Below the pieces are notes generated by a model. The model was not told where the DNA came from. It saw nothing but the letters and a program-made list of their open reading frames with translations, and searched no databases. From contig CP143273.1 in NCBI GenBank assembly GCA_051013385.1, positions 128,001-192,000 of the forward strand: a stretch of DNA of 64,000 nt, in the 5' to 3' direction. This stretch comes from Phormidium sp. (lineage in GTDB: Bacteria > Cyanobacteriota > Cyanobacteriia > Cyanobacteriales > Aerosakkonemataceae). Shown here piece after piece: positions 41,928-51,397 of the stretch. The translations under genes and the position numbers were made by a program. Positions within the stretch are counted from its first letter, which is position 1. Each line of letters starts with the position of its first letter.

Positions 41928-43121
41928 ATGCGAACTATTGCTGAGATTAACGAGAAAATAAACAATCAAACGGTAGTGGTGTGGACAGTAGAGGAATTAA
42001 AAGTCCGAGTTGCAGAAGTTGGTGTCACCCAAGCAGCGAAAGAAGTGGATGTAATTACCACTGGCACCTTTGAACCAATGGAATCATCAGGAGCGATTAT
42101 CAACTTAGGTCATACCGATCCACCGATTAAAATTCGCTCCTGTTGGTTAGATGGAATTTTGGCTTATTCTGGTTTTGGAGCAGTAGATTTGTATTTAGGA
42201 GCGACTCAAAGCGTAGATTACGAACGTGGTGATGGTTCAGAAGAAGAATCAAAAGAACGGGGTGGTGGTCATGTAATTGAAGATTTAATTGCTGGAAAAG
42301 CTGTACATTTAAGAGCGATCGGACAAGTCACCGACTGCTATCCCCGTGCTTCCTTTGAAACCACAATTACCCGCGATACAATCAACCAATTTTATCTATA
42401 TAATCCGCGAAATATCTACCAAAATTTTATTGTCGGAGTTAACGGAGGCGATCGACCACTCTACACTTACTTAGGCCCACTACAACCCCGACTGGGTAAC
42501 GCCGTCTATTCCAACCCCGGAGCCATATCCCCCCTATTCAACGACCCCAACCTAGAAATTATTGGCATCGGCACCCGCATTTTCCTCGGTGGTGGCATTG
42601 GATACATAGCCTGGGAAGGCACACAAAACTTTACCCTCCAAAAACGTTTAGCCAATCAAACACCGATCGGCCCTGCTGCCACCCTCGCCTTAATCGGCGA
42701 TGCCAAACAAATGGAGCGACGTTGGGTGCGCGGTTGCTACTTTAAAAACTACGGCCCCTCCCTAATGCTCGGAGTCGGCGTACCCATCCCAGTCTTAAAC
42801 GAAGGAGTCATCAAAAAATGCGCCGTCCAAGACAAAGAACTAGTAGCACCAGTAGTCGATTTCTCCATTCCCCGGCGCGTGCGTCCCACCTTTGGTTTAG
42901 TCACCTACGCTCAACTAAAATCTGGTCGGATCACCATTGAAGGCAAACAAATAAGAACTGCTCCCCTCGCCAGCATTTATCTGTCCCGTCAAGTCGCGAT
43001 CGAACTCAAACAGTGGATCGGTGCCGGAAAATTTACCCTAACCGAAAGAGTTGCCCCTATTCCGAGCGATCGGGCATTTTTACCCCAAGACCGCTGGGGT
43101 GCAACGATCGCACTGGAATAG
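41928..43121 (+). CDS. Homocysteine biosynthesis protein (DUF39 family)
   Basis: MRTIAEINEKI, DVITTGTFEPMESSGA, GGGHVIEDL, GIGTRIFLGG. Confidence 0.85.
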   Translation: MRTIAEINEKINNQTVVVWTVEELKVRVAEVGVTQAAKEVDVITTGTFEPMESSGAIINLGHTDPPIKIRSCWLDGILAYSGFGAVDLYLGATQSVDYERGDGSEEESKERGGGHVIEDLIAGKAVHLRAIGQVTDCYPRASFETTITRDTINQFYLYNPRNIYQNFIVGVNGGDRPLYTYLGPLQPRLGNAVYSNPGAISPLFNDPNLEIIGIGTRIFLGGGIGYIAWEGTQNFTLQKRLANQTPIGPAATLALIGDAKQMERRWVRGCYFKNYGPSLMLGVGVPIPVLNEGVIKKCAVQDKELVAPVVDFSIPRRVRPTFGLVTYAQLKSGRITIEGKQIRTAPLASIYLSRQVAIELKQWIGAGKFTLTERVAPIPSDRAFLPQDRWGATIALE

Positions 43122-43128
43122 GAGCAGG

Positions 43129-43250
43129 GGAGCTCTTGAGCAGAGGAGCTCTTGAGCAGAGGAGTAAATTATTGAAAACTTATTCTACTTCCTACTTCCT
43201 ACTTCCTACTTCCTACACCCTGTTCCCTGTTCCCTGTTGCCTGCTCCCTT
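43129..43250. repeat. Mixed short tandem repeats between convergent genes
   Basis: GGAGCTCTTGAGCAGA x2, (CTACTTC)n, (CCCTGTT)n. Confidence 0.8.
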
Positions 43251-43258
43251 CTACCTCA

Positions 43259-44605
43259 CTAGCTGCTCCCTTCGCTGCTAGGTTGGCGCTTAGGGCGAGG
43301 GATTGGCTTAGGAAGTGGTTTGTTGGCTCCGCCCGGAGGTGCTGAAGTCGCCTCTGGAGCACCTGGACGATGGGGAAAATCTTTCTTCCAAGGTTTTTTC
43401 CCGCCGGGACCACTACCACCGCCGATGCGTTTTCCGCCGGGACGCGGTTTTCCTGGTCTTCTCTGGCGTACAGAAGCAATATCTTGTGCTTGTCGAATTA
43501 CCAGAGAATCAGCCTCTCTGACCACCTGAAAGTCCCAGAAGTAACCTACGGCTTTCTTTTCCAAAAAACCATTGAGGGTTAATTTGAAGAATTTGGGTTT
43601 ATCACTTTCCTTCTTGGGTGCTTGCTTAATCTTGACGATGATTTTTTGTGGGTCAAGAGATTGGAAAACAACTTCACCACGAATGGAAAAATAACCATCT
43701 TCTGCTGGTTGAGCCGATTCTGGCACTGCTGGTGTTTCTGCTGGTGTTTCTGCTGGTGCTTCTGCTTCTGACTCAGTAGCTAGACGCTCTTTATCTAATT
43801 TTTCCGGTTCCCAAACACCAACAATTTGCACATGAAGGTCGCCTTGTTCTTGTCTGGTTCTGGGATAAACTACCCACAGGTGTTCGTTTGCCAAATCTAA
43901 GTGATTTTTGACCAAACTCATTACCCGACCCAGCAAGACAGCATCAATCTGTGTCCCATCTGCGGTAATAACGTTACCACGAGTAAATTGTTCTTCACTG
44001 GCAACATATTTTCCCCGTACTAAACCAATAGCTCGATATTGCAAGGGTTCACTCGGAGGTGGAATTGGTTGTAGCCGTGATAGATTATCTTGCTCAGTTG
44101 TAGTATTAGCTTCATCGGAATTTGTGTCTGAGTTGGCTGTTGGCGTAGCAGGAGCAGGATCTACAGTTGGAGTTTGTTCACCTTTTTTAGGTTCACTTTT
44201 GTGAACTGCAACAATTTTAGGAGTAGTTTCGCTCTTAGGAGTCGAAGGACTTCTAGGCGGGATAGGTTCAGCTGTAGTTTTAGGCGCACCTGTTGCTTTA
44301 GGTTCGCTCTTGAGAGTTGAGGGACTTTTGGGCGGGATAGCTTCACGAGTGGTTTTAGACTCACTTGTTGCTGTTGGTTCGCTTTTGGCTGTCGGAGCGC
44401 TTTTAGGCGGGTTTGGCCGACGCACCACTGGCTGCTCATTTGCTTGAGCGGGTTCGGGATTACTAGTGGACTGAGGAAACTGATTAGGATTGGGAGAGGG
44501 ACTCATAAAAACTCCTTGGAGCGGAGACACACTTTTTTCTGGCTTGGGATGGAAAATGTCTGGTTTTGATTCAGGAGGATTAGTTGCTCCCCCTGTACCA
44601 GTCAA
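43259..44605 (-). CDS. Cyanobacterial hypothetical protein with Pro/Thr-rich repetitive N-terminus
   Basis: Ordered core PIPPPSEPLQYRAIGLVRG..HLWVVYPRT..GYFSIRGEV; the start is uncertain. Confidence 0.75.
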   Translation of the reverse strand: MTGTGGATNPPESKPDIFHPKPEKSVSPLQGVFMSPSPNPNQFPQSTSNPEPAQANEQPVVRRPNPPKSAPTAKSEPTATSESKTTREAIPPKSPSTLKSEPKATGAPKTTAEPIPPRSPSTPKSETTPKIVAVHKSEPKKGEQTPTVDPAPATPTANSDTNSDEANTTTEQDNLSRLQPIPPPSEPLQYRAIGLVRGKYVASEEQFTRGNVITADGTQIDAVLLGRVMSLVKNHLDLANEHLWVVYPRTRQEQGDLHVQIVGVWEPEKLDKERLATESEAEAPAETPAETPAVPESAQPAEDGYFSIRGEVVFQSLDPQKIIVKIKQAPKKESDKPKFFKLTLNGFLEKKAVGYFWDFQVVREADSLVIRQAQDIASVRQRRPGKPRPGGKRIGGGSGPGGKKPWKKDFPHRPGAPEATSAPPGGANKPLPKPIPRPKRQPSSEGSS

Positions 44606-44861
44606 CAGCCAAAACCTGTATTTACTACTCTATTCTTTTGCTGAACATTTCGTAATTCACAGGATGCTCACAATTCACTCTACTAAAGCAGTTGATTGCG
44701 ATCGACAAGTTTTTTCGCCTGTCTATTTTACTCAATGCAATATGTATCTTGTTTCATCCGTAAAGTTTCAGTAATTGTTTGCATAGTTAACGATTATCTT
44801 AATGATGGGCTTTGGGTGGCTTGTCTGCCTGTTTGGTTTTGGTTACATCAGCGACTCATAG

Positions 44862-45773
44862 TTGATAATATTAATCAGAGTTCAAAAAGGTTTTGTGTCT
44901 GAAAAGCTCCGTCGCTGGTTGATTTTTGGGTTTTTGCTCTTGGGAACTATCTCTTTCGTGATTCCCACTATTATGCCTTTTTTGGGTGGTCCACCCAATC
45001 AAGAATCCTCTTCTGCTCGAACGCCTGCATCTATTCAAACGCCAGCAGGGAAACAAGATGAATTACAAGCTCAGGCGAGGGGTTATCAGTTAGTCCTACA
45101 ACGAGAGCCTGATAATGAAACGGCTCTTAAGGGATTGCTGTTTACTCAGCTAGAGTTAGTACGTCTGGGAGTCGCTGATGTAAAAACCACGATCGAACCC
45201 TTGGAAAAGTTGGCAAAACTAAAGCCGGAAAATACAGAATACTCGGTTTTACTGGCTCAGGCTCGGCAACAAACTGGCGATCGCGAAGGTGCCGCTAAAG
45301 CCTATCGCTCTATTCTGGAATCTCAGCCAGGGGATGTCAAGGCTTTACAAGGTTTAGTCAGTTTGCTATTGGCTGAAGGTCGTCCCGAAGCTGCTATTGG
45401 TTTACTGCAAGATACTTTGGAAAGCGCTCCTAACCTGAACCAAATTAAGCCTAACACTGTCAATGTAATTTCTGTGCAACTGATGTTGGGACAGGTCTAC
45501 GCTGAACAGGAACGCTATGCTGATGCCATCAATGTTTACGATAATGCGATTAAAGCTAATAAGGAAGATTTTCGCCCGGTTTTAGCTAAGGCTTTGGTGT
45601 TACAAAAACAAGGCAAAAATGAGGATGCTAAATCTCTGTTTAATTCCGCAGCTAATTTAGCTCCTGCTCAATATAAAGACCAAATTGTTAAATTAGCATC
45701 GTCATCTCCCGCTGCTGCTTCTCCTGCACCAACTGCACCTACCACTCAGGAACAACCGGAAAGTAAGAATTAA
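44862..45773 (+). CDS. TPR-repeat membrane-anchored protein
   Basis: N-terminal TM, ARGYQLVLQREPDN and TPR-like helices; the start is possibly GTG at 44895. Confidence 0.85.
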   Translation: MIILIRVQKGFVSEKLRRWLIFGFLLLGTISFVIPTIMPFLGGPPNQESSSARTPASIQTPAGKQDELQAQARGYQLVLQREPDNETALKGLLFTQLELVRLGVADVKTTIEPLEKLAKLKPENTEYSVLLAQARQQTGDREGAAKAYRSILESQPGDVKALQGLVSLLLAEGRPEAAIGLLQDTLESAPNLNQIKPNTVNVISVQLMLGQVYAEQERYADAINVYDNAIKANKEDFRPVLAKALVLQKQGKNEDAKSLFNSAANLAPAQYKDQIVKLASSSPAAASPAPTAPTTQEQPESKN

Positions 45774-45836
45774 TTGGAGTTGGTAATTGGTAATTGGTAA
45801 TTGGTAATTGGTAATTGGTAATTGGTAATTGGTAAT
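45771..45836. repeat. STRR heptamer (AATTGGT)n
   Basis: About 9 tandem copies. Confidence 0.92.
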
Positions 45837-45849
45837 AGGGCATTGCCAT

Positions 45850-46025
45850 CTCAAATGGAGCAATTCCCCTCCCGTTAAGCTGCGCTGTAACGGGAGGGGA
45901 ATTGCGACCAACTCGCCTCATATCTCGCTGTGCGAATCATCTTTTCAGATTGCATAGTTGTACCCGTCATTTTGATGAAGGTGTTTTAGATATTTGGGAT
46001 GAACATCAAACTTTTTGTCCGGTAA
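45850..46025 (-). mobile_element. iscB: Remnant of an IscB-encoding IS200/IS605 element (transposon end plus last 26 codons)
   Basis: Minus strand 46025-45945 reads LPDKKFDVHPKYLKHLHQNDGYNYAI*, resembling the IscB C-terminus; it is followed by a hairpin end nearly identical to 3524-3590. Confidence 0.72.
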
Positions 46026-46044
46026 CCAGTTACCAATTAACTTT

Positions 46045-46662
46045 TTAAACACCTTCTAAATAAGATACTAATGCAAATAGGAGAAACAACATTCCTCCCA
46101 TAGCTGTTAATCTGCGTTCGGAAATTCTTTTGGCAATTAGTCTACCACAGGTTACTGCGATCGCAGCACAAATTCCATGCCCTAAAATCGCTCCCACGCT
46201 AACTCCAAAAGCATTGTATCCCGCTGCTAAACTGATGGTTGCAAACTGTGTGCGATCGCCCCACTCTGCCACAAATGTCATCACAAATGCTTTAATTACA
46301 ATTGCTAAATTACTCTCTTTATGCCGAATTTTTGCTTCGGCTTTGTTCACCACTTCTAACGCTTCTTCTGCTTCATCACAGCAAGGTTTAGCTGGCATAA
46401 TACTTGCTTCATAAAGTAACTTTAGCCCAAAGGCAACAAACAAGACTATTTCTGCATAATAAACATATATTTTCGGTAACAGTGATACCGCTTGTCCCAC
46501 TAACACTGATAAGATCGTCATCGCTGCTAAGGCGGCAGTAACACCAATAAATATCAGCTTCCGCGAATGACGCATGGCTAAAATAGCTGCAATAAAAAAG
46601 GTTTTGTCGCCTAATTCTGAGACTGTAATTAACAATAATCCAGCAGTAAAAGCTGTCAGCAT
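46045..46662 (-). CDS. TMEM165/GDT1 (UPF0016) Mn transporter
   Basis: Two ExGD(K/R)T motifs: SELGDKTF and AEWGDRTQ. Confidence 0.93.
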   Translation of the reverse strand: MLTAFTAGLLLITVSELGDKTFFIAAILAMRHSRKLIFIGVTAALAAMTILSVLVGQAVSLLPKIYVYYAEIVLFVAFGLKLLYEASIMPAKPCCDEAEEALEVVNKAEAKIRHKESNLAIVIKAFVMTFVAEWGDRTQFATISLAAGYNAFGVSVGAILGHGICAAIAVTCGRLIAKRISERRLTAMGGMLFLLFALVSYLEGV

Positions 46663-46754
46663 TCTCTCAAACTCTCCTGGGTGTTTCTGCTTTCCCTGAG
46701 TGAGCTTGATGAGTGCAAATAGACTTCACCAAGCTCACATCAGTTGTGAACTTA

Positions 46755-46912
46755 GTGAAGGTCTCGCTTGCAAGATTAGTAGGCTCAAACTTTACTTGAG
46801 CTTGAAAAACTTGTCACCCGAACCAGGCTCATCGCCAGTATGTTGATTCAGACGGGCTAGCTAAATTGATTTACCTTTAATTCGGTTTAGCTAGCAGCTA
46901 CTCCCCTTCGGT
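46755..46912 (-). promoter_or_regulatory. yybP-ykoY manganese riboswitch
   Basis: Minus strand GAAGGGGAGTAGC ... TCAACATACT ... GCGAGACCTTC upstream of the TMEM165 gene. Confidence 0.88.
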
Positions 46913-47152
46913 TATCTTAGGTAATTATACATCTCCTTCATCGAGTAGACAAGTGATTTTTTTATCATTGTTTTTTCATTTTTCCTCAGCTTGGGCGATT
47001 CGTACTGCTTTAACTATCTTCAGGTTTCTGGAAACTAATTCAAAATTTATCTAGTCAATATTAAAATTTGATTATGAATATCTATGTGATTTTATGGCTA
47101 AAGTAAAATACGAGGTGCTGAATAACAAAACATATTTTAAAAATTAACAACC

Positions 47153-48184
47153 ATGACCCCACAAACAAACTTTAAAGCTTTTGCAGCCTTAAACCCAGGA
47201 GAAAAGCTGCAACCTTGGGAATATGAACCTCAGCCTTTAAAAGCCGATGAAATTGAAGTTCGCGTTACCCACAATGGTCTGTGTCACACAGATATTCACA
47301 TGATAGATAATGACTGGAAAATGAGTAAATTCCCGTTAGTTGCTGGACACGAAGTAGTCGGAGAAGTTACCGAAGTTGGCGAAGATGTGACACATTTACA
47401 AAAAGGCGATCGCGTAGGTTTTGGCTGGATTAGAAACTCCTGTCGCGTCTGCGATTACTGTTTGCAAGGAGAAGAAAATATCTGTCGTCAAGGAATCACA
47501 GGTTTAATTATCGGCAATCATGGAGGATTTGCCAATAAATTACGCGCACCTGCTGATTTTGCTTATAAAATTCCTGACAGTTTAGACTCTGCCAGTGCCG
47601 CCCCCTTGTTATGTGCCGGAATTACAGTTTATACCCCTTTACGCACCTATTTGAAACACCCAGGGATGAAAGTTGGAGTGTTAGGAATTGGCGGTTTAGG
47701 GCATTTAGCAGTGAAGTTTGCCCGGGCGATGGGTGCAGAAGTTACTGCCTTTTCCACTTCCGCAAATAAAGAAACAGAAGCAAAAGAATTAGGTGCCCAT
47801 CACTTTCAAAAATGGGATAATCTGGAAGAGATGAAAGCTTTAGAAGGAAGCTTCGATTTAGTACTCAGCACTATTCCCGCAAAAAGTGATTGGGATATGG
47901 CTTTTAACCTCTTGAGTTACAATGGCATTTTGTGTTTTGTCGGGTTGCCTGTTTCCGATCTTACAATTCCTTTAGTGCCTTTAGTTGCAGGTCAAAAAAA
48001 GGTAGTGGGTAGCCTTGTGGGCGGACGGAGATTTATGCGGGAGATGTTAGATTTCGCTGCTTTGAATCAGATTACCCCAATGGTGGAAACTATGCCTTTA
48101 GATCAGATTAACGAAGCGATCGCCAAAGTGTTAGCTAACAAAGCTCGTTATCGAATTGTTTTAGTTTCCGATCAAAACAGCTAA
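47153..48184 (+). CDS. Zn-dependent NAD(P) alcohol dehydrogenase/aldehyde reductase
   Basis: GLCHTD, GHEVVG, C..C..C...EENIC, LLCAGITVY, GIGGLG. Confidence 0.93.
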   Translation: MTPQTNFKAFAALNPGEKLQPWEYEPQPLKADEIEVRVTHNGLCHTDIHMIDNDWKMSKFPLVAGHEVVGEVTEVGEDVTHLQKGDRVGFGWIRNSCRVCDYCLQGEENICRQGITGLIIGNHGGFANKLRAPADFAYKIPDSLDSASAAPLLCAGITVYTPLRTYLKHPGMKVGVLGIGGLGHLAVKFARAMGAEVTAFSTSANKETEAKELGAHHFQKWDNLEEMKALEGSFDLVLSTIPAKSDWDMAFNLLSYNGILCFVGLPVSDLTIPLVPLVAGQKKVVGSLVGGRRFMREMLDFAALNQITPMVETMPLDQINEAIAKVLANKARYRIVLVSDQNS

Positions 48185-48452
48185 TCTGTCAAACTAAAAT
48201 TAACTGTAGGGGCAGGAAAAACAGATAACCTATTAACAAAACCTGCCCCCAATTTTTGTCATCTAACTACAATAGAAGGCGATCGCACCATCCAACTAAA
48301 AATCGCCCTGTTATTAAATGGGGATTTATCAATTTAAGAGACACCGACCATAGTTAATTTATAACTAGTCGTACCACTATATTGATAGACTTGTACAAAA
48401 TATTCCCCAGCATCCAAATTAGCATTAATTGATTCAGATAAAGTACCTGCAC

Positions 48453-48735
48453 TAGTTGAACGAGCAATTACGGATTAGGCGTTTGTATGCTCGCAGAGAT
48501 TTGGGAGTCCAAGCAATTTTTATCAAGTATCTAACTCCTTGAGAAAATCGTCTACAGAACCAAATTTAATTACGCCTTGAGAGGCTTCTTGACGAATTTC
48601 TTCAATTTCTTGAAGTAGTTGTTCTCGGCGTTTTTTCTGTAGTCGTTTGAGCAGGATTTCAACGACTAGGTTTTGTTCTTCAAGCGATAGGGATTCTACT
48701 GTATCGATCGCTTGTTGGAGTCGTGAAGTTTGCTC
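48453..48735 (-). pseudogene. Broken toxin-antitoxin pair
   Basis: Antitoxin body (..QTSRLQQAIDTVESLSLEEQ..FGSVDDFLKELDT*) lacks its own start; it is followed by an overlapping toxin start IKIAWTPKSLRAYKRLIR that stops after about 24 codons. Confidence 0.65.
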
Positions 48736-49189
48736 GGACTTCTTCGCCACAATTAGAACAATAAATAGAGGTGTATTGTGGCGCAACTGCTACGCAAGCA
48801 ATTCCATGAATCTTTGCGTAATAATCAACCCAGTTAGTGAATATTCCCCAACTAGCATCATTAATTGATTGAGCAAGACAATGGTTTTTTACTAAGTTCT
48901 TCACTGGCAAATCTTCATAGACAATCAAATCGTGAGATTTCACTAACGCACTGGCAAGTTTCACTAACCAGTCTTTACGCTGTCTACTTATTCGCAAATG
49001 TTGCTGGGCTAATCTCTGTCTCGCTTTTTCGCGATTCTTACCGCCTTTGACTTTTTTATCAAGTCGTTTTTGTAAGCGTTTAAGGCGTTTCTCTGACTTT
49101 CTTAAGTAACAAGGTTGCTTCGCTTTATTTTTTTGGTTGCGTTTTCATCCCCACCCACGAGGGGATGGGGCTTTCAACGCAACATCTCA
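48735..49189 (-). mobile_element. tnpB: Degenerate IS200/IS605 element: left-end hairpin plus internal tnpB fragment
   Basis: YLRKSEKRLKRLQ..VYEDL.VKNLVKNH.LAQSINDASW..YTSIYCSNCG; hairpin 49138-49180; minus-strand TTAC precedes 49189. Confidence 0.75.
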
Positions 49190-49467
49190 GTAAAATCTAA
49201 TTGGTAAAAAGCGATGCGGATGTCTGTAGCTTTCAATTCTTCAATAAATGCCCAAAGTAAAGCTTTGTGACCCCCACGAAACCGATCGCGTAGTGTTCTG
49301 GTTTTGCCAATATATAGGATTCCAAGAGTGCGATGCTTGACAGCGTAGATACCAGCACTCATCGGGAGTTCCCGAAATTCTTTGTCAAGAGCTATACAAT
49401 TTTCAAAGGGAATGGATGCAAGAGTATCCAGAATGACTTGGGCTTCTTGCTGGATGGATTGGGGCAT
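49174..49467 (-). pseudogene. GIY-YIG nuclease-like protein truncated by the IS end
   Basis: AGIYAV..ILYIGKTRTLRDRF.GGH; its 3' end runs into the IS hairpin. Confidence 0.7.
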
Positions 49468-49497
49468 ATCAATCAGAGATTTGGCAGTTTTTCCATC

Positions 49498-50030
49498 CTA
49501 CAATGCGATCGCACTCTGTAATTTGACATTATCCTTAGAACCAAGAACCTTATCTTCTCGTTTGATCAACGGCTCTTTAGAACCAATTTGATCCACACTA
49601 TAAGCTCCGTAATTTTTATACTCAGGCTTAGAAAATTCAGGCGCTAAAACTTCATAATGCAAATGGGCAGGAAATTCGTTACGGGTACTTCCTCTTGCAC
49701 CTGTTTTACCAACTAACTGACCTTTTGTTACTGGCTTCCCTACAGCAATATTCCCGTCTATTTGATCCAACTGATCGCGCAGCATAAAAGCCAAGTCTTC
49801 GGCAACCAAACGCAGCATTTTTTGACCGTTAGGTGCGGCTTCAAGAAACTGCATTATGGCATGGTTAAAGATTAATACTTCAGAATCTTCGATCGCTTGG
49901 CAAGAAAAACAACTGGGTGTACGTTTCGGAAAACTTTCATAATCTCCTAGAGTTTGATGTTCCGGGTGAAAAAACAAAGTATGTTCCTTGCCATTTTTAA
50001 TAATCAGAGTTCGTAAGCAACCTTGCAGAC
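49498..50030 (-). pseudogene. Chimeric remnant: cNMP-binding (Crp-like) fragment fused to an M23 peptidase fragment
   Basis: GCLRT..NGKEHTLFF..GDYESF...PS.F..QAIEDSEV followed abruptly by V.KGQLVGKTG..G....PAHLHYEV. Confidence 0.65.
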
Positions 50031-50151
50031 ATTAACTTGGTAAAAGATTCAAGCTTCTTTTTTGAGATTAATCCATTGAGCCGATCGCAGACAATAGCCA
50101 CACAAGTTAAAGTGAGCAGTGTAGGTGTAGTTGCTCAGGAGTATACCTCCC

Positions 50152-51369
50152 ATGTCCGATCGTCCTTATCATGTCGTCCTCTACGGTGCAAGTGGTTTCG
50201 TGGGTAAGCAAACCGTGCAATACTTCGCCGATCATACCTCGAAGCAAACCTGTTGGGCGATCGCCGGACGCAACCGCCAAAAATTGGAAGCAGTTCGCTC
50301 TCAAGTCGGTGTCGCAGTAGATGTGTTAGTAGCTGACAGTCAGGATCAACAAGCCGTAGATAAAATAGTCTCTCAAACAAAGGTACTTCTGACCACAGCC
50401 GGACCCTTTGCTCTCTACGGTAACATCCTTGTCGATGCCTGTGTGCGCTACAAAACCCACTATGTAGATATTACCGGGGAAACTCCTTGGGTGAGAACGT
50501 TGATCGATCGCTATCATACCCAAGCAGCCGTCGATGGCACTCGGATCATTCCCTGCTGTGGCTTTGATTCTGTCCCCTCAGATCTCGGCACCTATCTAGT
50601 TGTGCGTTACCTACAACAAGAATTAGGAATACCCTGCAAATCTGTCAAAGCGTATTTTCAAGCTTTTGGCGGCTTCAATGGAGGTACACTAGCATCGGCT
50701 TTCAACTTATATGATTCAAATCAAACAGAACAGTTAAAAGATCCCTTTTTGCTCAACCCACCAGGGAATCATACTCAAGCTCAGATCGAGCAAAATCGTG
50801 ACCCAGAAACTCCCACTTTTGACTCGGAACTCAACACTTGGGTTGCTCCCTTTTTTATGGGAATGGTCAACACTCGCATTGTGCGCCGCAGTAGTGCTTT
50901 ATACGAGCAGTGGCAGGAGCCATACAGTTCAGATTTTACATATCAAGAGTATCTCAAATTCGATGAACCTCTGGCTAGGTTAAAAGCAACGAGTGTTAAC
51001 GCTGGACTGGCATTGTTTACGGGTGCATTGCAGCAACCAGTTGTGCGATCGCTCCTGCAACCCCTACTACCCCAACCTGGTACTGGCCCTTCTGAACAAA
51101 CAATGGATGAAGGTTGGTTTTCTTGCGAACTGGTGGGTACTGGTATTGACGGACGCAAAGTGCGCTCCTTGATTCGAGATCAAGGAGATCCAGGCAACCG
51201 AGCTACCGTCAAATTCTTGTGTGAATCTGCCTTGAGTTTGGCAGTGCAACCCGACGAACTACCAGGAGGTCAGGAGCGGGGAGGAGTTTTAACTCCAGCA
51301 ACCGGGTTAGGTGATGTTTTGGCTCAAAGGTTACGTCAAGCTGGGATGATTGTCGAGGTGGGAATATAG
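50152..51369 (+). CDS. Saccharopine dehydrogenase-like oxidoreductase
   Basis: LYGASGFVG, AIAGRN, GPFALYG, HYVDITGE, CGFDSVPSD, GGVLTPA. Confidence 0.9.
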   Translation: MSDRPYHVVLYGASGFVGKQTVQYFADHTSKQTCWAIAGRNRQKLEAVRSQVGVAVDVLVADSQDQQAVDKIVSQTKVLLTTAGPFALYGNILVDACVRYKTHYVDITGETPWVRTLIDRYHTQAAVDGTRIIPCCGFDSVPSDLGTYLVVRYLQQELGIPCKSVKAYFQAFGGFNGGTLASAFNLYDSNQTEQLKDPFLLNPPGNHTQAQIEQNRDPETPTFDSELNTWVAPFFMGMVNTRIVRRSSALYEQWQEPYSSDFTYQEYLKFDEPLARLKATSVNAGLALFTGALQQPVVRSLLQPLLPQPGTGPSEQTMDEGWFSCELVGTGIDGRKVRSLIRDQGDPGNRATVKFLCESALSLAVQPDELPGGQERGGVLTPATGLGDVLAQRLRQAGMIVEVGI

Positions 51370-51397
51370 ATTTAGAGGTTGGTAACGAACAGATTTT

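Noticed and set aside
45702..45921. ORFs with PITNYQL repeats
   Set aside because: Translation of the AATTGGT heptamer repeat and the IS end.
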